NCBI GenBank assembly: GCA_024636785.1
Contig: JAGXGK010000025.1
Span: forward strand, 19,476 to 83,475
Reading direction: 5' to 3'
DNA: 64,000 bases
DNA from: Gammaproteobacteria bacterium
GTDB taxonomy: Bacteria; Pseudomonadota; Gammaproteobacteria; SZUA-229
In this document: piece after piece, positions 20,366 to 31,251 of the stretch
Position numbering within the stretch: position 1 is the stretch's first letter
Layout of the letters: each line of letters begins with the position of its first letter
Notes under the pieces: model-generated
Told to the model about the DNA's origin: nothing
The model's input: only the letters and a program-made list of their open reading frames with translations
Database searches by the model: none
Program-made: the position numbers and the translations under genes

Positions 20366-21279
20366 GGCGACTCCTCCATGCTCCGGTTTAATGTTTCCAG
20401 AGGATCACTGGCAAACGGGGTCTCATCCGAACGGCCTTTGGAACTCTCCCTGTCACGCTCATCAAAAATCAGCCCTTCACCTTCGTAATCGTAACGCTGG
20501 CCTTCGGGCAGATTGTATTTGTGTTCGATATCAGGGCTGACCAGACTGTGACCGGTCTTCTCTTTCTCTTCCCAGCCCCAGCGATAGTGCTGCCCCAATT
20601 CGCCTTTGGCCAGGCGCAGAGGCAGTACCTTGATGGCAGCCTCTTCGAGTACACAGCCGTATTCGCACTTGCCGCAGCCGGTGCAGTGCTCGGAATGTAT
20701 TGTGGGGATGAACATGGCATGTTTGCCGGTGCGCACGTTGGAGACATGCTCCAGAGTGATCGCCTGATCGATGGCCGGGCAGATGCGATAACAGACATCA
20801 CAACGCAGCCCCTTAAAGTTGAGGCAGGTTTCTTCATCCAGCAGTACCGCCAGACCCATGCGGGCATTATCGATCTCTTCCAGACTGTGATCCAGTGCAC
20901 CGGTGGGACAGGCTTTGACGCAGGGGATGTCGTCGCACATTTCGCACGGTATCTCCCTGGCAGTGAAGTAGGGTGTACCCAGCGTGGCCGGGCCGCCCAA
21001 TTTTGCCAGACTGAGTGTGTCAAACGGGCAGTCGCGTACGCACAGGCCGCAACGTACGCAGGCACTGTTAAAATCCTTCTCGATCAGGGCGCCGGGCGGA
21101 CGCAATGCCTCTGCCGAGAGGGAAACCGATTGCCGTGAATACAGGCCGACGCCCAGCCCTATGAGCGCTGCTACGCCGGCAGTTCGTGCGCCGCTCACCA
21201 GGAAGCGTCGACGACTGACCGATGCGGGTATGCGCGATGAGGTCTGTTGGGAAAGCATCTTTTTCCTGTTCCGGTTCAC
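20362..21279 (-). CDS. napG: NapG periplasmic ferredoxin-type protein
   Basis: Twin-arginine SRRRFLVSG and four Cys clusters ([12 protein letters not shown] etc.). Confidence 0.9.
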   Translation of the reverse strand: MNRNRKKMLSQQTSSRIPASVSRRRFLVSGARTAGVAALIGLGVGLYSRQSVSLSAEALRPPGALIEKDFNSACVRCGLCVRDCPFDTLSLAKLGGPATLGTPYFTAREIPCEMCDDIPCVKACPTGALDHSLEEIDNARMGLAVLLDEETCLNFKGLRCDVCYRICPAIDQAITLEHVSNVRTGKHAMFIPTIHSEHCTGCGKCEYGCVLEEAAIKVLPLRLAKGELGQHYRWGWEEKEKTGHSLVSPDIEHKYNLPEGQRYDYEGEGLIFDERDRESSKGRSDETPFASDPLETLNRSMEESP

Positions 21280-21292
21280 GTCAGCTCAGGCT

Positions 21293-23833
21293 TCAGGCTT
21301 TGACCACCTTGATGGCGCACTTCTTGTAATCCGTCTCTTTCGATAACGGATCAGTGGCATCCAGAGTGACCTTGTTGATCAGGCGGCTGGCATCGAACCA
21401 GGGCACAAAGATCAGCCCTCTAGGCATCTTATTGCGGCCCCGGGTTTCAACTCGCGCTGTCATTTCACCCCGGCGACTGACCACCTTGGCGGGCAGTCCG
21501 CGACGCAGACCACGCGCCTTGGCATCATCGGGGTGCATGAAGATCACCGCATCGGGAAAGGCCTTGTACAGCTCGGGCACACGGCGGGTCATGGAACCGG
21601 AATGCCAGTGTTCGAGCACCCGACCGGTACATAGCCACAGATCATATTCTTCATCCGGGCTTTCCGCAGCAGGCTCGTAGGGCGCGGTGATGATATTGGC
21701 GCGACCATCTGCCTGGCCGTAGAAATTGACGCCTTCACCGGCTTTTACATAGCTGTCATAGCCTTCGCGATAACGCCACAGCGTCTCCTTGCCATCAATC
21801 ACCGGCCAGCGCAGACCGCGTACCTTGTGATAGGTATCGAATTCGGCCAGCTCGTGGCCTTTTTTAGGACCTTCCAGCTGGAAGCGGCGGTACTCTTCGA
21901 ACAGGCCTTTCTGCACGTAGAAGCCGAAATCTTCCATTTCGTGGTTGCCGTATTTATTGCCGTCGCTGTCCTGCACGGTCACTTTCGGGAACTTGTCGAC
22001 CTGGCCATTGGCGTACAGCACTTCGTAAAGAGTTTTGCCACGCAGCTCGGGTTTTTTGGCGATAATCTCTTCCGGCCAGACATCTTCAACCTTGAAGCGT
22101 TTGGAAAATTCGATCACCTGCCACATGTCCGATTTGGCTTCACCGGGTGCCTCTACCTGCTGGCGCCAGAACTGGGTGCGGCGTTCGGCGTTGCCGTAAG
22201 CACCCTCCTTTTCGGTCCACATGGCGGTGGGCAGAATCAGGTCAGCCGCCATGGCGGTGACCGTGGGGTAGGGGTCGGAGACGACGATAAAGTTCGCCGG
22301 ATTGCGGTAGCCGGGGTAGGTCTCCTCGTTCATGTTGGCGCCGGCCTGCATGTTGTTATTGCACTGCACCCAGTAGGCGTTGAGCTTGCCGTCTTTCAGC
22401 ATGCGGTTCTGTAACACCGCGTGATAACCGGGCTTGCCGGGAATGGTGCCTTCGGGTAGCTGCCAGATTTTTTCCGCCAGGTCGCGGTGGTCTTTTTTCT
22501 TCACTACATAATCGGCGGGCAGACGGTGCGAAAAGGTACCTACTTCGCGCGCGGTGCCGCAGGCGGAAGGCTGGCCGGTCAGCGAGAACGGGCCGTTGCC
22601 CGGCTCGGAGATTTTGCCGGTCAACAGGTGCACGTTGTACATCAGGCCATTGGCCCAGACACCGCGGGTGTGCTGGTTGAAACCCATGGTCCAGAAAGAG
22701 GTGATCTTCTTATTGGGATCAGCATATAGCTTGGCCAGACGTTCCAGCTTTTCTTTCGGCACGCCGGATAATTCTGCGGTGTATTCCAGCGTATAGGGTT
22801 CGAGGGATTTGGCATACTCTTCGAAAGTAATGCCGGAAAGCTTGCCTTTGTTGGCGTTTTCGGCCTTTTTCTGCAGGACATGTTCCGGGCGCAGGCCGTA
22901 ACCGATATCGGTCGGGGTCTTTTTGAAATTGACGTGCTTGTCGATGAAATCCTGATTGTAGGCCTTATGCTGAACGATGTAGTTGGCGATGTAGTTCAGA
23001 ATAGCCAGGTCGGTCTGGGGCGAAAATATCATGTTGTTATCGCCAAGATTGAAACAGCGGTGCTCAAACGTAGATAACACGTGGACTTCACTGCCTGCTT
23101 TGGTCAGACGGGTATCGGTCAGGCGCGACCACAATATGGGATGCATCTCTGCCATATTCGAGCCCCATAAGACAAAGGCATCGGCGTGTTCCAGATCATC
23201 ATAGCAGCCCATGGGTTCATCAGCGCCAAAGGCGCGCATAAAACCGCCCACCGCGGAGGCCATGCAGTGGCGTGCATTGGGGTCAATGTTGTTGGAGCGG
23301 AAACCGGCCTTGTAGAGTTTGGAGGCGGCATAACCTTCCCATACGGTCCACTGACCGGAGCCGAACATGCCTACCGTGGAGACAATCTCTTCCGGTGGCT
23401 TGCCCTTGTTGGTTTCCAGATCGTTTTTCAGTGCAGCCTTGAATTTCTCCTCCATGACATCAAACGCCTGCTCCCAGCTAATAGGGGTGAAATCACCATC
23501 CTTGCTATAGTTGCCGTTGCGCATGCGTAGCAGTGGCTGTGTAAGTCGATCCTTGCCGTACATGATTTTGGAGAGAAAATAGCCCTTGATACAGTTGAGC
23601 CCGCGGTTGACCGGGGAATCAGGGTCGCCCTGAGTCGCGACGATGCGGCCACCCTTGGTGCCGACCAGAACGCTGCAACCGGTCCCGCAAAAGCGACACG
23701 GGGCTTTGTCCCAGCGAATGGAATCTTTAGACTGTGCCAGTGCTTCTTTGACACCGGGTATGGTGATACCCGCTGCTGTTGCGGTGGCGGCTATCGCATT
23801 GGATTTAATAAAATCGCGTCGGGTCAGTTTCAT
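21293..23833 (-). CDS. napA: periplasmic nitrate reductase catalytic subunit NapA
   Basis: 846 aa. Tat signal [14 protein letters not shown]-terminal CRFCGTGCS 4Fe-4S motif and molybdopterin oxidoreductase body. Confidence 0.97.
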   Translation of the reverse strand: MKLTRRDFIKSNAIAATATAAGITIPGVKEALAQSKDSIRWDKAPCRFCGTGCSVLVGTKGGRIVATQGDPDSPVNRGLNCIKGYFLSKIMYGKDRLTQPLLRMRNGNYSKDGDFTPISWEQAFDVMEEKFKAALKNDLETNKGKPPEEIVSTVGMFGSGQWTVWEGYAASKLYKAGFRSNNIDPNARHCMASAVGGFMRAFGADEPMGCYDDLEHADAFVLWGSNMAEMHPILWSRLTDTRLTKAGSEVHVLSTFEHRCFNLGDNNMIFSPQTDLAILNYIANYIVQHKAYNQDFIDKHVNFKKTPTDIGYGLRPEHVLQKKAENANKGKLSGITFEEYAKSLEPYTLEYTAELSGVPKEKLERLAKLYADPNKKITSFWTMGFNQHTRGVWANGLMYNVHLLTGKISEPGNGPFSLTGQPSACGTAREVGTFSHRLPADYVVKKKDHRDLAEKIWQLPEGTIPGKPGYHAVLQNRMLKDGKLNAYWVQCNNNMQAGANMNEETYPGYRNPANFIVVSDPYPTVTAMAADLILPTAMWTEKEGAYGNAERRTQFWRQQVEAPGEAKSDMWQVIEFSKRFKVEDVWPEEIIAKKPELRGKTLYEVLYANGQVDKFPKVTVQDSDGNKYGNHEMEDFGFYVQKGLFEEYRRFQLEGPKKGHELAEFDTYHKVRGLRWPVIDGKETLWRYREGYDSYVKAGEGVNFYGQADGRANIITAPYEPAAESPDEEYDLWLCTGRVLEHWHSGSMTRRVPELYKAFPDAVIFMHPDDAKARGLRRGLPAKVVSRRGEMTARVETRGRNKMPRGLIFVPWFDASRLINKVTLDATDPLSKETDYKKCAIKVVKA

Positions 23834-23879
23834 TATCAGGCCTCCTGTTGACCGGTGTACCTCTGTATAAACAGAGATC

Positions 23880-24131
23880 TTAATTATCTGTTAATGGCAA
23901 ATCATCAAACTGGTGGTAAATCATTGAGGTGGATAAAACGCCGGGGACATCGTGCATGAGCACCAGCAGGTCGGACATTTTTCCGGCATTCTCCTGTTCG
24001 ACGGTGACCACGATGCGGCCATCCTCATTACTGCCGTGAACTTCAACCCCTTCCATCAGCGCCAGTGCCTGCTGCACCGACTGGCTGTTTTCAGGGTAGG
24101 ATCGAACAAGTACGCCACTGATATCCATCAT
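23880..24131 (-). CDS. napD: NapD chaperone
   Basis: 83 aa, immediately upstream of napA. NapD-like sequence (ISGVLVRS...VEVHG). Confidence 0.85.
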   Translation of the reverse strand: MMDISGVLVRSYPENSQSVQQALALMEGVEVHGSNEDGRIVVTVEQENAGKMSDLLVLMHDVPGVLSTSMIYHQFDDLPLTDN

Positions 24132-24146
24132 AATTCCTGTCGTTAA

Positions 24147-24641
24147 TTAGTGTTCATGGTTCATGCTAATGGCCTGGGTCGGGCAGATAGCCACACAGGC
24201 GCCGCAGCCGGTACATGATTGAAGATCGAATCCGGGTACAGAGACGCCGCCGAGGCGCGGCGTCATGCTGATACTGCCTGCTTCGCAGGGGTCGTAGCAG
24301 CTGCGACACTCCACACCTTTAAAGGCGAGGCAGTTGTCTGGATTGAGCGCGGCGATCACTGCCCACGGTTGCTGCCCCTCAATTATTGTTAACGCGCCTG
24401 TCTTGCAGGCTTTGGCGCAGTCACCACAGAACAGGCATTCCCCGGCATTAAAGTTGATGACGGGATAATTGCCGCGCCCTTTTTGAATGATGTTGGTCGG
24501 GCAGCGTTCAATGCAGTCACCACAACCATCGCAGCTGTCCAAAAATTGATTTTCAGTGCCGGACCAGGGCGGCCGAACGGGAGAAGCTTTTCCCGAGTAA
24601 TCGCCGCGTAAAAACTGCGTTCTGTTGATGGCTGTATTCAC
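24147..24641 (-). CDS. napF: NapF ferredoxin-type protein
   Basis: 164 aa with four Cys clusters (CDGCGDCIERCP, CLFCGDCAKAC, CRSCYDPC, CTGCGACVAICP). First gene of the operon. Confidence 0.88.
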   Translation of the reverse strand: MNTAINRTQFLRGDYSGKASPVRPPWSGTENQFLDSCDGCGDCIERCPTNIIQKGRGNYPVINFNAGECLFCGDCAKACKTGALTIIEGQQPWAVIAALNPDNCLAFKGVECRSCYDPCEAGSISMTPRLGGVSVPGFDLQSCTGCGACVAICPTQAISMNHEH

Positions 24642-24705
24642 TTCCGTTATTAGTCCGTGCGAATAATAAGTGAATCTAGAGTAGGCTTTTTAATATAAGA
24701 AAATG

Positions 24706-24719
24706 ATGATGTAAATCAA
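24706..24719. promoter_or_regulatory. FNR-type box upstream of napF
   Basis: ATGAT-GTAA-ATCAA matches 9/10 of TTGAT-N4-ATCAA. It is centred ~70 nt upstream of the napF ATG. Confidence 0.6.
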
Positions 24720-24943
24720 GTTCCTTAATTTTTATTGAAGATGAATTGACCAGCCGTAGCTGGAGCAAGCCATTTCATTTTGTTTTTAATTAAACGCGGC
24801 TGTCTGATTCTAAGTAAATAAGCTAAGATACTGATGTATGGACATGGTGTTCCGGCGTTGCGTAAAACCAGAAAAAAGCAAACGCTAAAAATTTGTGCAC
24901 AATGCTGTTGTCCAGACATAAAAACAACGACTAGACCTGTTAA

Positions 24944-25180
24944 ATGAAAAATTCATTACCAAATTATCGCGATTCCGGTGAGCCAAAAACACCCGCTCTT
25001 CTGGTTCAGCCAGCAACAGAGTCGGTGCCGAGTCAAATGCAGCCAGTGTCAGCAGCAGCAGAAGAAGGCGGCTTGATGGTTTTCTTCGGTATCGGGATGG
25101 TTATTAATGTTGTCATGATTTTGGCATTCTTTATATGGGCAATTAAGCAGTGGAGAAAACATGATGCCGCAAAGAAATAG
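24944..25180 (+). CDS. small membrane protein
   Basis: 78 aa with one strong TM helix (MVFFGIGMVINVVMILAFFIWAI). Overlaps the start of the SCO gene. Confidence 0.45.
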   Translation: MKNSLPNYRDSGEPKTPALLVQPATESVPSQMQPVSAAAEEGGLMVFFGIGMVINVVMILAFFIWAIKQWRKHDAAKK

Positions 25181-25805
25181 AGGTCTGTATCGGGGTACTA
25201 TACTGCTTGTTCTGTTGTTATCGGTAACAGGGGTCTGGTACGTCAGTACGTCGCCTTCGAGTCCACCGCCCGAGCTGGTGGGAGTGCTCCGGCCAGCGCC
25301 GAAAATACTTAAACCGGTTGAGCTCATTGATCAGAACGGAGACGTGGTCAACACGCAGCTATTTAAGGACAAATGGTCTTTTGTTTTCTTCGGCTACACA
25401 TCCTGTCCCGATATCTGTCCGACTACCCTGCATGTATTAAATGCCGTCACCGATATACTCGGAAAAGATAAAGCCGAGCTGTTTCCGGATACCCAGGTGG
25501 TATTTATTTCAGTGGATCCGGAGCGCGATGCGGTAACTGATCTTGCCGATTACGTGAAATTTTTTAACAGGGATTTTGTGGGATTGACCGGCGATAAAAA
25601 AGATATCGATAATATTGCGCAGCAATTTGGGGCGGGTTATGTCCTCGAAGAAGAAACAGCGCCCGGGCAATACACGGTCGCCCATACCAGCGCTGTTTTT
25701 CTGGTTACACCTGAGTTAGAACTGGTCGCTGCTTTTTCGCAGCCGCACAATCCCAAAACTATTGTCGCTCAGTATGAAAAAATTCGAGCCTATATCTCAG
25801 AATAA
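25161..25805 (+). CDS. SCO/SenC family copper chaperone (copy 1)
   Basis: N-terminal TM anchor, FFGYTSCPDICPTT (CxxxC) and downstream His (VAHTSAVFLV). Confidence 0.88.
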   Translation: MMPQRNRGLYRGTILLVLLLSVTGVWYVSTSPSSPPPELVGVLRPAPKILKPVELIDQNGDVVNTQLFKDKWSFVFFGYTSCPDICPTTLHVLNAVTDILGKDKAELFPDTQVVFISVDPERDAVTDLADYVKFFNRDFVGLTGDKKDIDNIAQQFGAGYVLEEETAPGQYTVAHTSAVFLVTPELELVAAFSQPHNPKTIVAQYEKIRAYISE

Positions 25806-25849
25806 CGGTGTTTTTAACCGGCTATCCTGATGCAGTAATTGTCGTATCG

Positions 25850-26350
25850 TTATTTGGTGACGTGGTCGAACTTAATAAGATGCTCGTTGATAATACCGGA
25901 TTTCACCAGTTCTATATAGTTATCGTAAAATCTGATGGCGCAAGGGTTGAGTGAGCCGCACTGGAACTGAAGCTGACCTTCTACCATTTCATACTTCTCT
26001 ATATGTACTGTTGCAGCCTGATCAAGAATGTCGAATTTGCTTCTTGTAAAGGCGCCTGTGTCTGATTTACGGCCAACTTTTTCAAAAACCCCGTCAATCA
26101 TATCCGGCGTAACGCTGCTTGCATAAGGGTAGGGGACATACAGTATCGCTACCCACTGTTCCGGGTAGAGTTTTATATAGATATTGTTATTGGTCTCTTT
26201 TGCCGCTGAAGTATTATTGCCTTCTCGGGCAAAGTGACCAGAGAGGATGTCCATCTCTCCCGCAGTCTGTTGAGCGAGCGCACTCCCGGACAGCATAGTG
26301 AGTAGTGCAATCAGGCTTGCGGATAGATAACCGGGCAGAATATTTTTCAT
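25850..26350 (-). CDS. hypothetical secreted protein
   Basis: Signal peptide ending SALAQQ. 166 aa. No family recognised. Confidence 0.5.
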   Translation of the reverse strand: MKNILPGYLSASLIALLTMLSGSALAQQTAGEMDILSGHFAREGNNTSAAKETNNNIYIKLYPEQWVAILYVPYPYASSVTPDMIDGVFEKVGRKSDTGAFTRSKFDILDQAATVHIEKYEMVEGQLQFQCGSLNPCAIRFYDNYIELVKSGIINEHLIKFDHVTK

Positions 26351-26393
26351 TAGATGAGTTTCTCTTTAGAGGTTTGTAGACGACATAATATAT

Positions 26394-26765
26394 TTAGTAA
26401 AATGACATTGGATTGCGCGTGAGTGCGACAGAAACTATGTAGCTAAAACAGAGTAATGCGGCGAGCCACGCGGCTATGCGGATTTTTTTCGTTGCTCCGT
26501 AATGAAGTGCAATCATACCAAGTGCTATGTAAATGACCAGTGCTAAAACTTTGGCGGTTAACCAGTCATGTGTGAAAGGGTACTGGTTTATTTTCATGGT
26601 CAGGACGATGGCACTGGCGAGCAGTAGACTGTCAATGCCAGCCGCCAGTATTCTTACCCATTTTTTCTTCAGAACTTTCGAATCCATAATCATCCACAGA
26701 CCGCGGATGATAAAAAATATCAGCGTGAGAATGACAGTGGATACATGAATGTACTTAAACAGCAT
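26394..26765 (-). CDS. SirB2-like small membrane protein
   Basis: 123 aa with four TM helices. The N-terminus IHVSTVILTLIFFIIRGLWMI resembles the SirB family. Confidence 0.5.
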   Translation of the reverse strand: MLFKYIHVSTVILTLIFFIIRGLWMIMDSKVLKKKWVRILAAGIDSLLLASAIVLTMKINQYPFTHDWLTAKVLALVIYIALGMIALHYGATKKIRIAAWLAALLCFSYIVSVALTRNPMSFY

Positions 26766-26792
26766 TTTTCAGAAGTTCTGGCCTGGCCGTTG

Positions 26793-27836
26793 TTACTGGC
26801 TGCGCAGCTGGTGATTTACAAATAACGCAGCGGTCAGAAGCATTACTGCTCCGCCCTGATGCGCCGCAGCCAGTGCAACAGGAACGATCATCAGCAAAGT
26901 GGAAATGCCCAGAGTGATCTGCAGAGCCAGCGCAGCCAGCAATACATAGATACTGATGTGAGTCATCGCTTCCAGTTCCAGTTTCCTTGTTTTCAGCCAG
27001 AAAGCAGGAATGATTAAAAAAAGCAGGGTCGCCAGTACACGGTGATCAAATTGTACGGTGATAATATTCTCGAAAAAGTTACGCCAGAAGGGCTCCAGTA
27101 AAAACAGTCCATCGGGTATTAATTGTCCATTCATTAAAGGGAATGTATTGAAGGCGAATCCGGCTCGGGTGCCGGCAACAAAGCCGCCAGAGACGATGGT
27201 GATGAAAATAACAGTGGTGATGATTGAGGCCAGCCGGGTGAGTTTTGGCTCGTTCACACGGATTGCAGAGCGTTCTTTTGGCCGCAGTAAATCCAACGCG
27301 ATCCAGAACATATAGGCATAGATAATAATGGCCAGAGTCAGGTGCGCGGTGAGGCGATACTGACTGACATGCGGGTTATCCACTAGGCCGCTTTTTACCA
27401 TATACCAGCCCATTAACCCCTGAAGCCCGCCGAGTACAAACAGGGTGAGCAGTTTGGGGGTAAGCGCTTTGTCGATTTTTCGGGTAAGCAGAAAATACAT
27501 GAATGGAATAAAGAACAGCAGACCAATGCCTCTACCCAGAAGTCGATGTGCATATTCAAACCAGAAAATAGCTTTGAATTCATCCAGTGACATGTGGAAA
27601 TTTTTTAGCTGGAACTCGGGGTATTGCTGGTAAAGATAGAAGGTATGCTGCCAGGCTTCCTGATTAAGCGGTGGCAATATGCCCATTAGTGGTGCCCATT
27701 GCACCATGGAAAGACCCGAGCCGGTTAGGCGTGTTACCCCGCCCAGTACCACCATGCCAAAGATTGTTGCGCAGCAAATAAGTAGCCAGATGGCAATAGC
27801 CTTATTTGAATCATGGTTATCAAGTAATTTAGTCAT
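26793..27836 (-). CDS. ctaA: heme A synthase (COX15/CtaA family)
   Basis: Polytopic, with conserved His blocks FEYAHRLLGRG and VQFDHRVLATL. The ATG at 27836 overlaps the hemerythrin stop (ATGACTAA). Confidence 0.82.
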   Translation of the reverse strand: MTKLLDNHDSNKAIAIWLLICCATIFGMVVLGGVTRLTGSGLSMVQWAPLMGILPPLNQEAWQHTFYLYQQYPEFQLKNFHMSLDEFKAIFWFEYAHRLLGRGIGLLFFIPFMYFLLTRKIDKALTPKLLTLFVLGGLQGLMGWYMVKSGLVDNPHVSQYRLTAHLTLAIIIYAYMFWIALDLLRPKERSAIRVNEPKLTRLASIITTVIFITIVSGGFVAGTRAGFAFNTFPLMNGQLIPDGLFLLEPFWRNFFENIITVQFDHRVLATLLFLIIPAFWLKTRKLELEAMTHISIYVLLAALALQITLGISTLLMIVPVALAAAHQGGAVMLLTAALFVNHQLRSQ

Positions 27837-28239
27837 AAGGTGAATGTGATTTTTCGGCGTTATGCAGATGTGTATCATGAGTTTTGAAGTGCGCCAGAAA
27901 CCAGTTGTTCAGGCGCTCGCGTAATCGTTCGGTGTCAAGCTTTGTACTGGCTTCAACGTCATCGGTGATTTCGCCGATTTCGTCAAGTAGGCGCTCGTGG
28001 TCGGCTCGATGGGCTTCATAATCCTCGTAATTATGTTGTTCCATCCAGCGTTCTTCAAGTGCGAAATGGGAGGATATGCTGCCATAGATGTCACCCAGGC
28101 AACTGATGATGCCATTTTTATCCGCTGTATCGCCCAGCATCTCATAGGCTGTATTAATTAAATTTATTAGTTCCTGATGTTCGTGGTCAACACCGGGAAT
28201 TCCCGTGGAATATTCTTCGCGCCATTCAATTAATGTCAT
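27829..28239 (-). CDS. bacteriohemerythrin
   Basis: Hemerythrin His/Glu/Asp ligand pattern: GVDHEHQELINLIN, HFALEERWM, HRADHERLL, WFLAHFKTHD. Confidence 0.9.
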   Translation of the reverse strand: MTLIEWREEYSTGIPGVDHEHQELINLINTAYEMLGDTADKNGIISCLGDIYGSISSHFALEERWMEQHNYEDYEAHRADHERLLDEIGEITDDVEASTKLDTERLRERLNNWFLAHFKTHDTHLHNAEKSHSPYD

Positions 28240-28545
28240 GTCCAGGCCTCTATCATGATTATCGAATTCGTAATTATTTGAAAACAGTCACTTGAGTAAA
28301 TAAATTCTCAAGCATTGCCTGCCCTCAGCGAGTGGTAAGGATCAAATTGTAATCTTTTTGACAATCAGATGTAATCCGGACTCTATCTAAATAAGCAAAG
28401 TTGCATATATTTATTGGCAGCGTTATTGCGGGAAGATCTCGTGTTGTGTAATTTATATATAATTGTGCATGTAAATAGTGCGTAATTACATTCTATATGA
28501 TATCGTAAAACGAATGAACGACTATATATTTACTAAATAGTTCTA

Positions 28546-28559
28546 TTGATATAGATCAA
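28546..28559. promoter_or_regulatory. perfect FNR/CRP-family palindrome TTGAT-ATAG-ATCAA
   Basis: Exact consensus 14-mer in the ~490-bp AT-rich divergent region between the hemerythrin-ctaA and HCO operons. Confidence 0.65.
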
Positions 28560-28731
28560 GTCCCGTATTCTGAGATTCTATATCCTTTTGCTTATTGCAG
28601 AAGAGTGGCTATTAAACATTAGTGTTGTGTATTTGTTTGGTTCAAAGTGGCGATTTGAACTACAGGGAAGTGAGTAGTCGGCAAAAAATAATAACTTAAA
28701 TAATATAATTGCTTTAAGAGGACATTCCATT

Positions 28732-28893
28732 ATGACAGAAGAGATTCATATACCCAAACCAGAGCGGATTCCGTTTTTCCAGCGAATGCTGGATAACCCG
28801 TTTTTATTACTCTTTATAGGTGTGGCGATGCCCACGGTTTTCTACGTTCTTTGGGGCGTTATGGAAGTCGCAACAATACCTATCGCCAAATAA
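28732..28893 (+). CDS. 53-aa single-TM micro-protein, candidate HCO subunit IIa-like (absent from ORF track)
   Basis: The ATG is preceded by AAGAGGA. Translation is MTEEIHIPKPERIPFFQRMLDNPFLLLFIGVAMPTVFYVLWGVMEVATIPIAK. It ends 20 nt before subunit II. Confidence 0.6.
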   Translation: MTEEIHIPKPERIPFFQRMLDNPFLLLFIGVAMPTVFYVLWGVMEVATIPIAK

Positions 28894-28913
28894 AAAAATA
28901 AGAGGATAATCTT

Positions 28914-29459
28914 ATGAGCTCATTTTTACCCCCTGCTGACAGGATATGGTGGAAGGTTCCCGTTGGCCGTCAGGAAATTGTCTGGATCAGCATCGCGCTG
29001 GTCTGGTGTTTAATTATGTTTTTTATGATGCCTTACTGGCATGTATACGGGAAACAGAACCTTTCCAGCGAGGCCTACCAGACCAATGCTGAGAAGTTTG
29101 GTGCATCAGTAGAAACTTTTGTTGAGAAATATCAGACTCGTATAGACGAACAATCGGGTATACCAGTCGTAACGCCACCCGCCGGCAGTGATATCTATAT
29201 GCTGGGCAGGCTCTGGCAGTGGTACCCCATTCTTGAACTGGAAAAAGATAAAACCTATCGACTTCATTTAGGTTCGATGGACTGGAACCACGGCTTCTCA
29301 TTGCAGCCGGTTAATATCAATTTACAGGTCGTTCCGGGCTATGAAATGGTTATCAAGATAACCCCTGATCAAGCGGGTGAATATACAGTAGTTTGCAACG
29401 AATTTTGCGGCATCGGTCACCATACCATGGTCGGCAAAATCTACGTGAAGGAGAATTAA
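28914..29459 (+). CDS. heme-copper oxidase subunit II-like (single TM + CuA cupredoxin); norS-like
   Basis: Complete CuA motif: H in DWNHGF, then CNEFCGIGHHTM (CxExCGxxHxxM). One N-terminal TM helix. Confidence 0.85.
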   Translation: MSSFLPPADRIWWKVPVGRQEIVWISIALVWCLIMFFMMPYWHVYGKQNLSSEAYQTNAEKFGASVETFVEKYQTRIDEQSGIPVVTPPAGSDIYMLGRLWQWYPILELEKDKTYRLHLGSMDWNHGFSLQPVNINLQVVPGYEMVIKITPDQAGEYTVVCNEFCGIGHHTMVGKIYVKEN

Positions 29460-29460
29460 G

Positions 29461-31194
29461 ATGGCGAAATTCAGAGTTTGTCCCGATTCGGGCTTCTATT
29501 TTGACAAATCGGCTGAGAGCCTGATGAAAGTCAATGCGGTAGCGGGTGCTGTCTTCCTGCTTATCGCGGGTATACTGGCACTGGGCGTTATCCTGACGCG
29601 CTGGCAGGAAGTACATTTACTACCCGCAGATCTGTTCTATCAGGTATTGACCGCACACGGCATCAATGCCTTGATTTTCTGGGTTATCTTTTTCGAGATA
29701 GCGATTCTTTACTTTGCATCATCGACCTTGTTACGAAGTCGACTGGCTGCGCCTGGTTGGGCATGGGCAGGCTTCGCTTTGATGATCATTGGCGCGGTGA
29801 TGAATAATGTTGCTGTCTTGCAAGGTAATTCCAGTGTTATGATGACATCCTATGTGCCGATGCAGGCGGCCCCGCATTTCTATCTGGGGCTGATACTGTT
29901 CGCGGTCGGCGCACTGATCGGATGCTTTGTGTTTTTGGGGACCTTAGTGATAGCTAAGGACGATCAAACTTACCAGGGATCAGTCCCGCTGGTGACCTTC
30001 GGTGCCTTAACCGCTTGCATTATCGCCATCTTTACGATCGCATCGGGTGCCATTATTCTGTTCCCGACATTTCTCTGGTCGATTGGTTATATCAATCACA
30101 TTGATGCTGAAATGTACCGGATTATCTGGTGGGCATTGGGCCATTCGTCGCAGCAGATTAATGTGGCTGCACACGTTTCAGTCTGGTATCTCATTATCGG
30201 TATCCTGTTTAATGCACGTCCGATGTCTGAGAAGGTCAGTCGCTTTGCCTTCCTGCTCTACATCTTCTTCCTGCAACTGGCCAGTGCCCACCATATTCTG
30301 GTTGACCCGGGTGTAAGTACAGAGTGGAAGATCTTCAATACCAGTTATGCGATGTATCTGGCGGTATTGGCCAGTATGATCCACGGTTTGACCGTACCTG
30401 GCGCGATGGAAGTAGCTCAGCGCGGCAAGGGTTACACCAAGGGTCTGTTCGAATGGTTGCGTAAAGCCCCCTGGGGGAACCCGGTGTTCTCCGGCTTCTT
30501 CTTTGCATTGGTCATTTTCGGCTTCATCGGTGGCATCACCGGTGTGGTTATGGGTACTGAGCAGATTAATCTGATCATCCATAACACCATTTATGTACCT
30601 GCGCATTTCCATGCCACGGTAGCGGTGGGTACGACTCTGACCTTTATGGCCTTGACCTATCTGCTAATTCCGGTGCTGTTCAGACGCGCTCTGTTCCTGC
30701 CCTGGGTGGCCAAAATGCAGCCTTATGTATTTGCCGGCGGCATGACCATCATGATCCTGTTCCTGCTGGGTGCAGGTACTCTGGGCGTCTCACGTCGTCA
30801 CTGGGACATGGACTTCACTGGCGCGGCGCTGAGTTTTGAATACCCGGGTACGGCCTATATGATGATGGCTGTCGGCGGTATTGGCGGTGTACTGGGCGTG
30901 CTTGGTGGTGCTATGTATCTGGTCGTTACCGTGGGATCGTTGCTCTTTGGTAAGAAACTGGAGCCTTCTGCCGGTCTGTTTCAGAGCTTTGGTGTACCTT
31001 TGGCCGCTTCAGCCTACAATATTGACCAGCCAGATCAGTTACAGATGGCACCTAAGCTGGCTGTAGAGGAGCATGGTAGTGGTGGTTTCGAAGCACCGGG
31101 AACGTTTGTTCTGGCTTTGGCCCTGCTGGTCTGCTTCGTTGTTTACTACGCAATCAACTGGGATTATCTGGCCTCAGTCTGGCCAATGGGCTAG
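29461..31194 (+). CDS. heme-copper oxidase subunit I-like, putative sNOR-type NO reductase catalytic subunit; norY-like
   Basis: All six canonical His are present (LTAHGINA; WWALGHSSQQ; LASAHHILVDP; VPAHFHATV). The Tyr of GHPxVY is absent (GHSSQQ). Confidence 0.75.
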   Translation: MAKFRVCPDSGFYFDKSAESLMKVNAVAGAVFLLIAGILALGVILTRWQEVHLLPADLFYQVLTAHGINALIFWVIFFEIAILYFASSTLLRSRLAAPGWAWAGFALMIIGAVMNNVAVLQGNSSVMMTSYVPMQAAPHFYLGLILFAVGALIGCFVFLGTLVIAKDDQTYQGSVPLVTFGALTACIIAIFTIASGAIILFPTFLWSIGYINHIDAEMYRIIWWALGHSSQQINVAAHVSVWYLIIGILFNARPMSEKVSRFAFLLYIFFLQLASAHHILVDPGVSTEWKIFNTSYAMYLAVLASMIHGLTVPGAMEVAQRGKGYTKGLFEWLRKAPWGNPVFSGFFFALVIFGFIGGITGVVMGTEQINLIIHNTIYVPAHFHATVAVGTTLTFMALTYLLIPVLFRRALFLPWVAKMQPYVFAGGMTIMILFLLGAGTLGVSRRHWDMDFTGAALSFEYPGTAYMMMAVGGIGGVLGVLGGAMYLVVTVGSLLFGKKLEPSAGLFQSFGVPLAASAYNIDQPDQLQMAPKLAVEEHGSGGFEAPGTFVLALALLVCFVVYYAINWDYLASVWPMG

Positions 31195-31211
31195 CGTTAG
31201 TAACATCTCAT

Positions 31212-31251
31212 AAAAAACGCGGGAAAGCCTCTGGCTGTCCCGCGTTTTTTT
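31212..31251 (+). terminator. rho-independent terminator after HCO subunit I
   Basis: ACGCGGGA...TCCCGCGT stem followed by T7. Confidence 0.85.
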
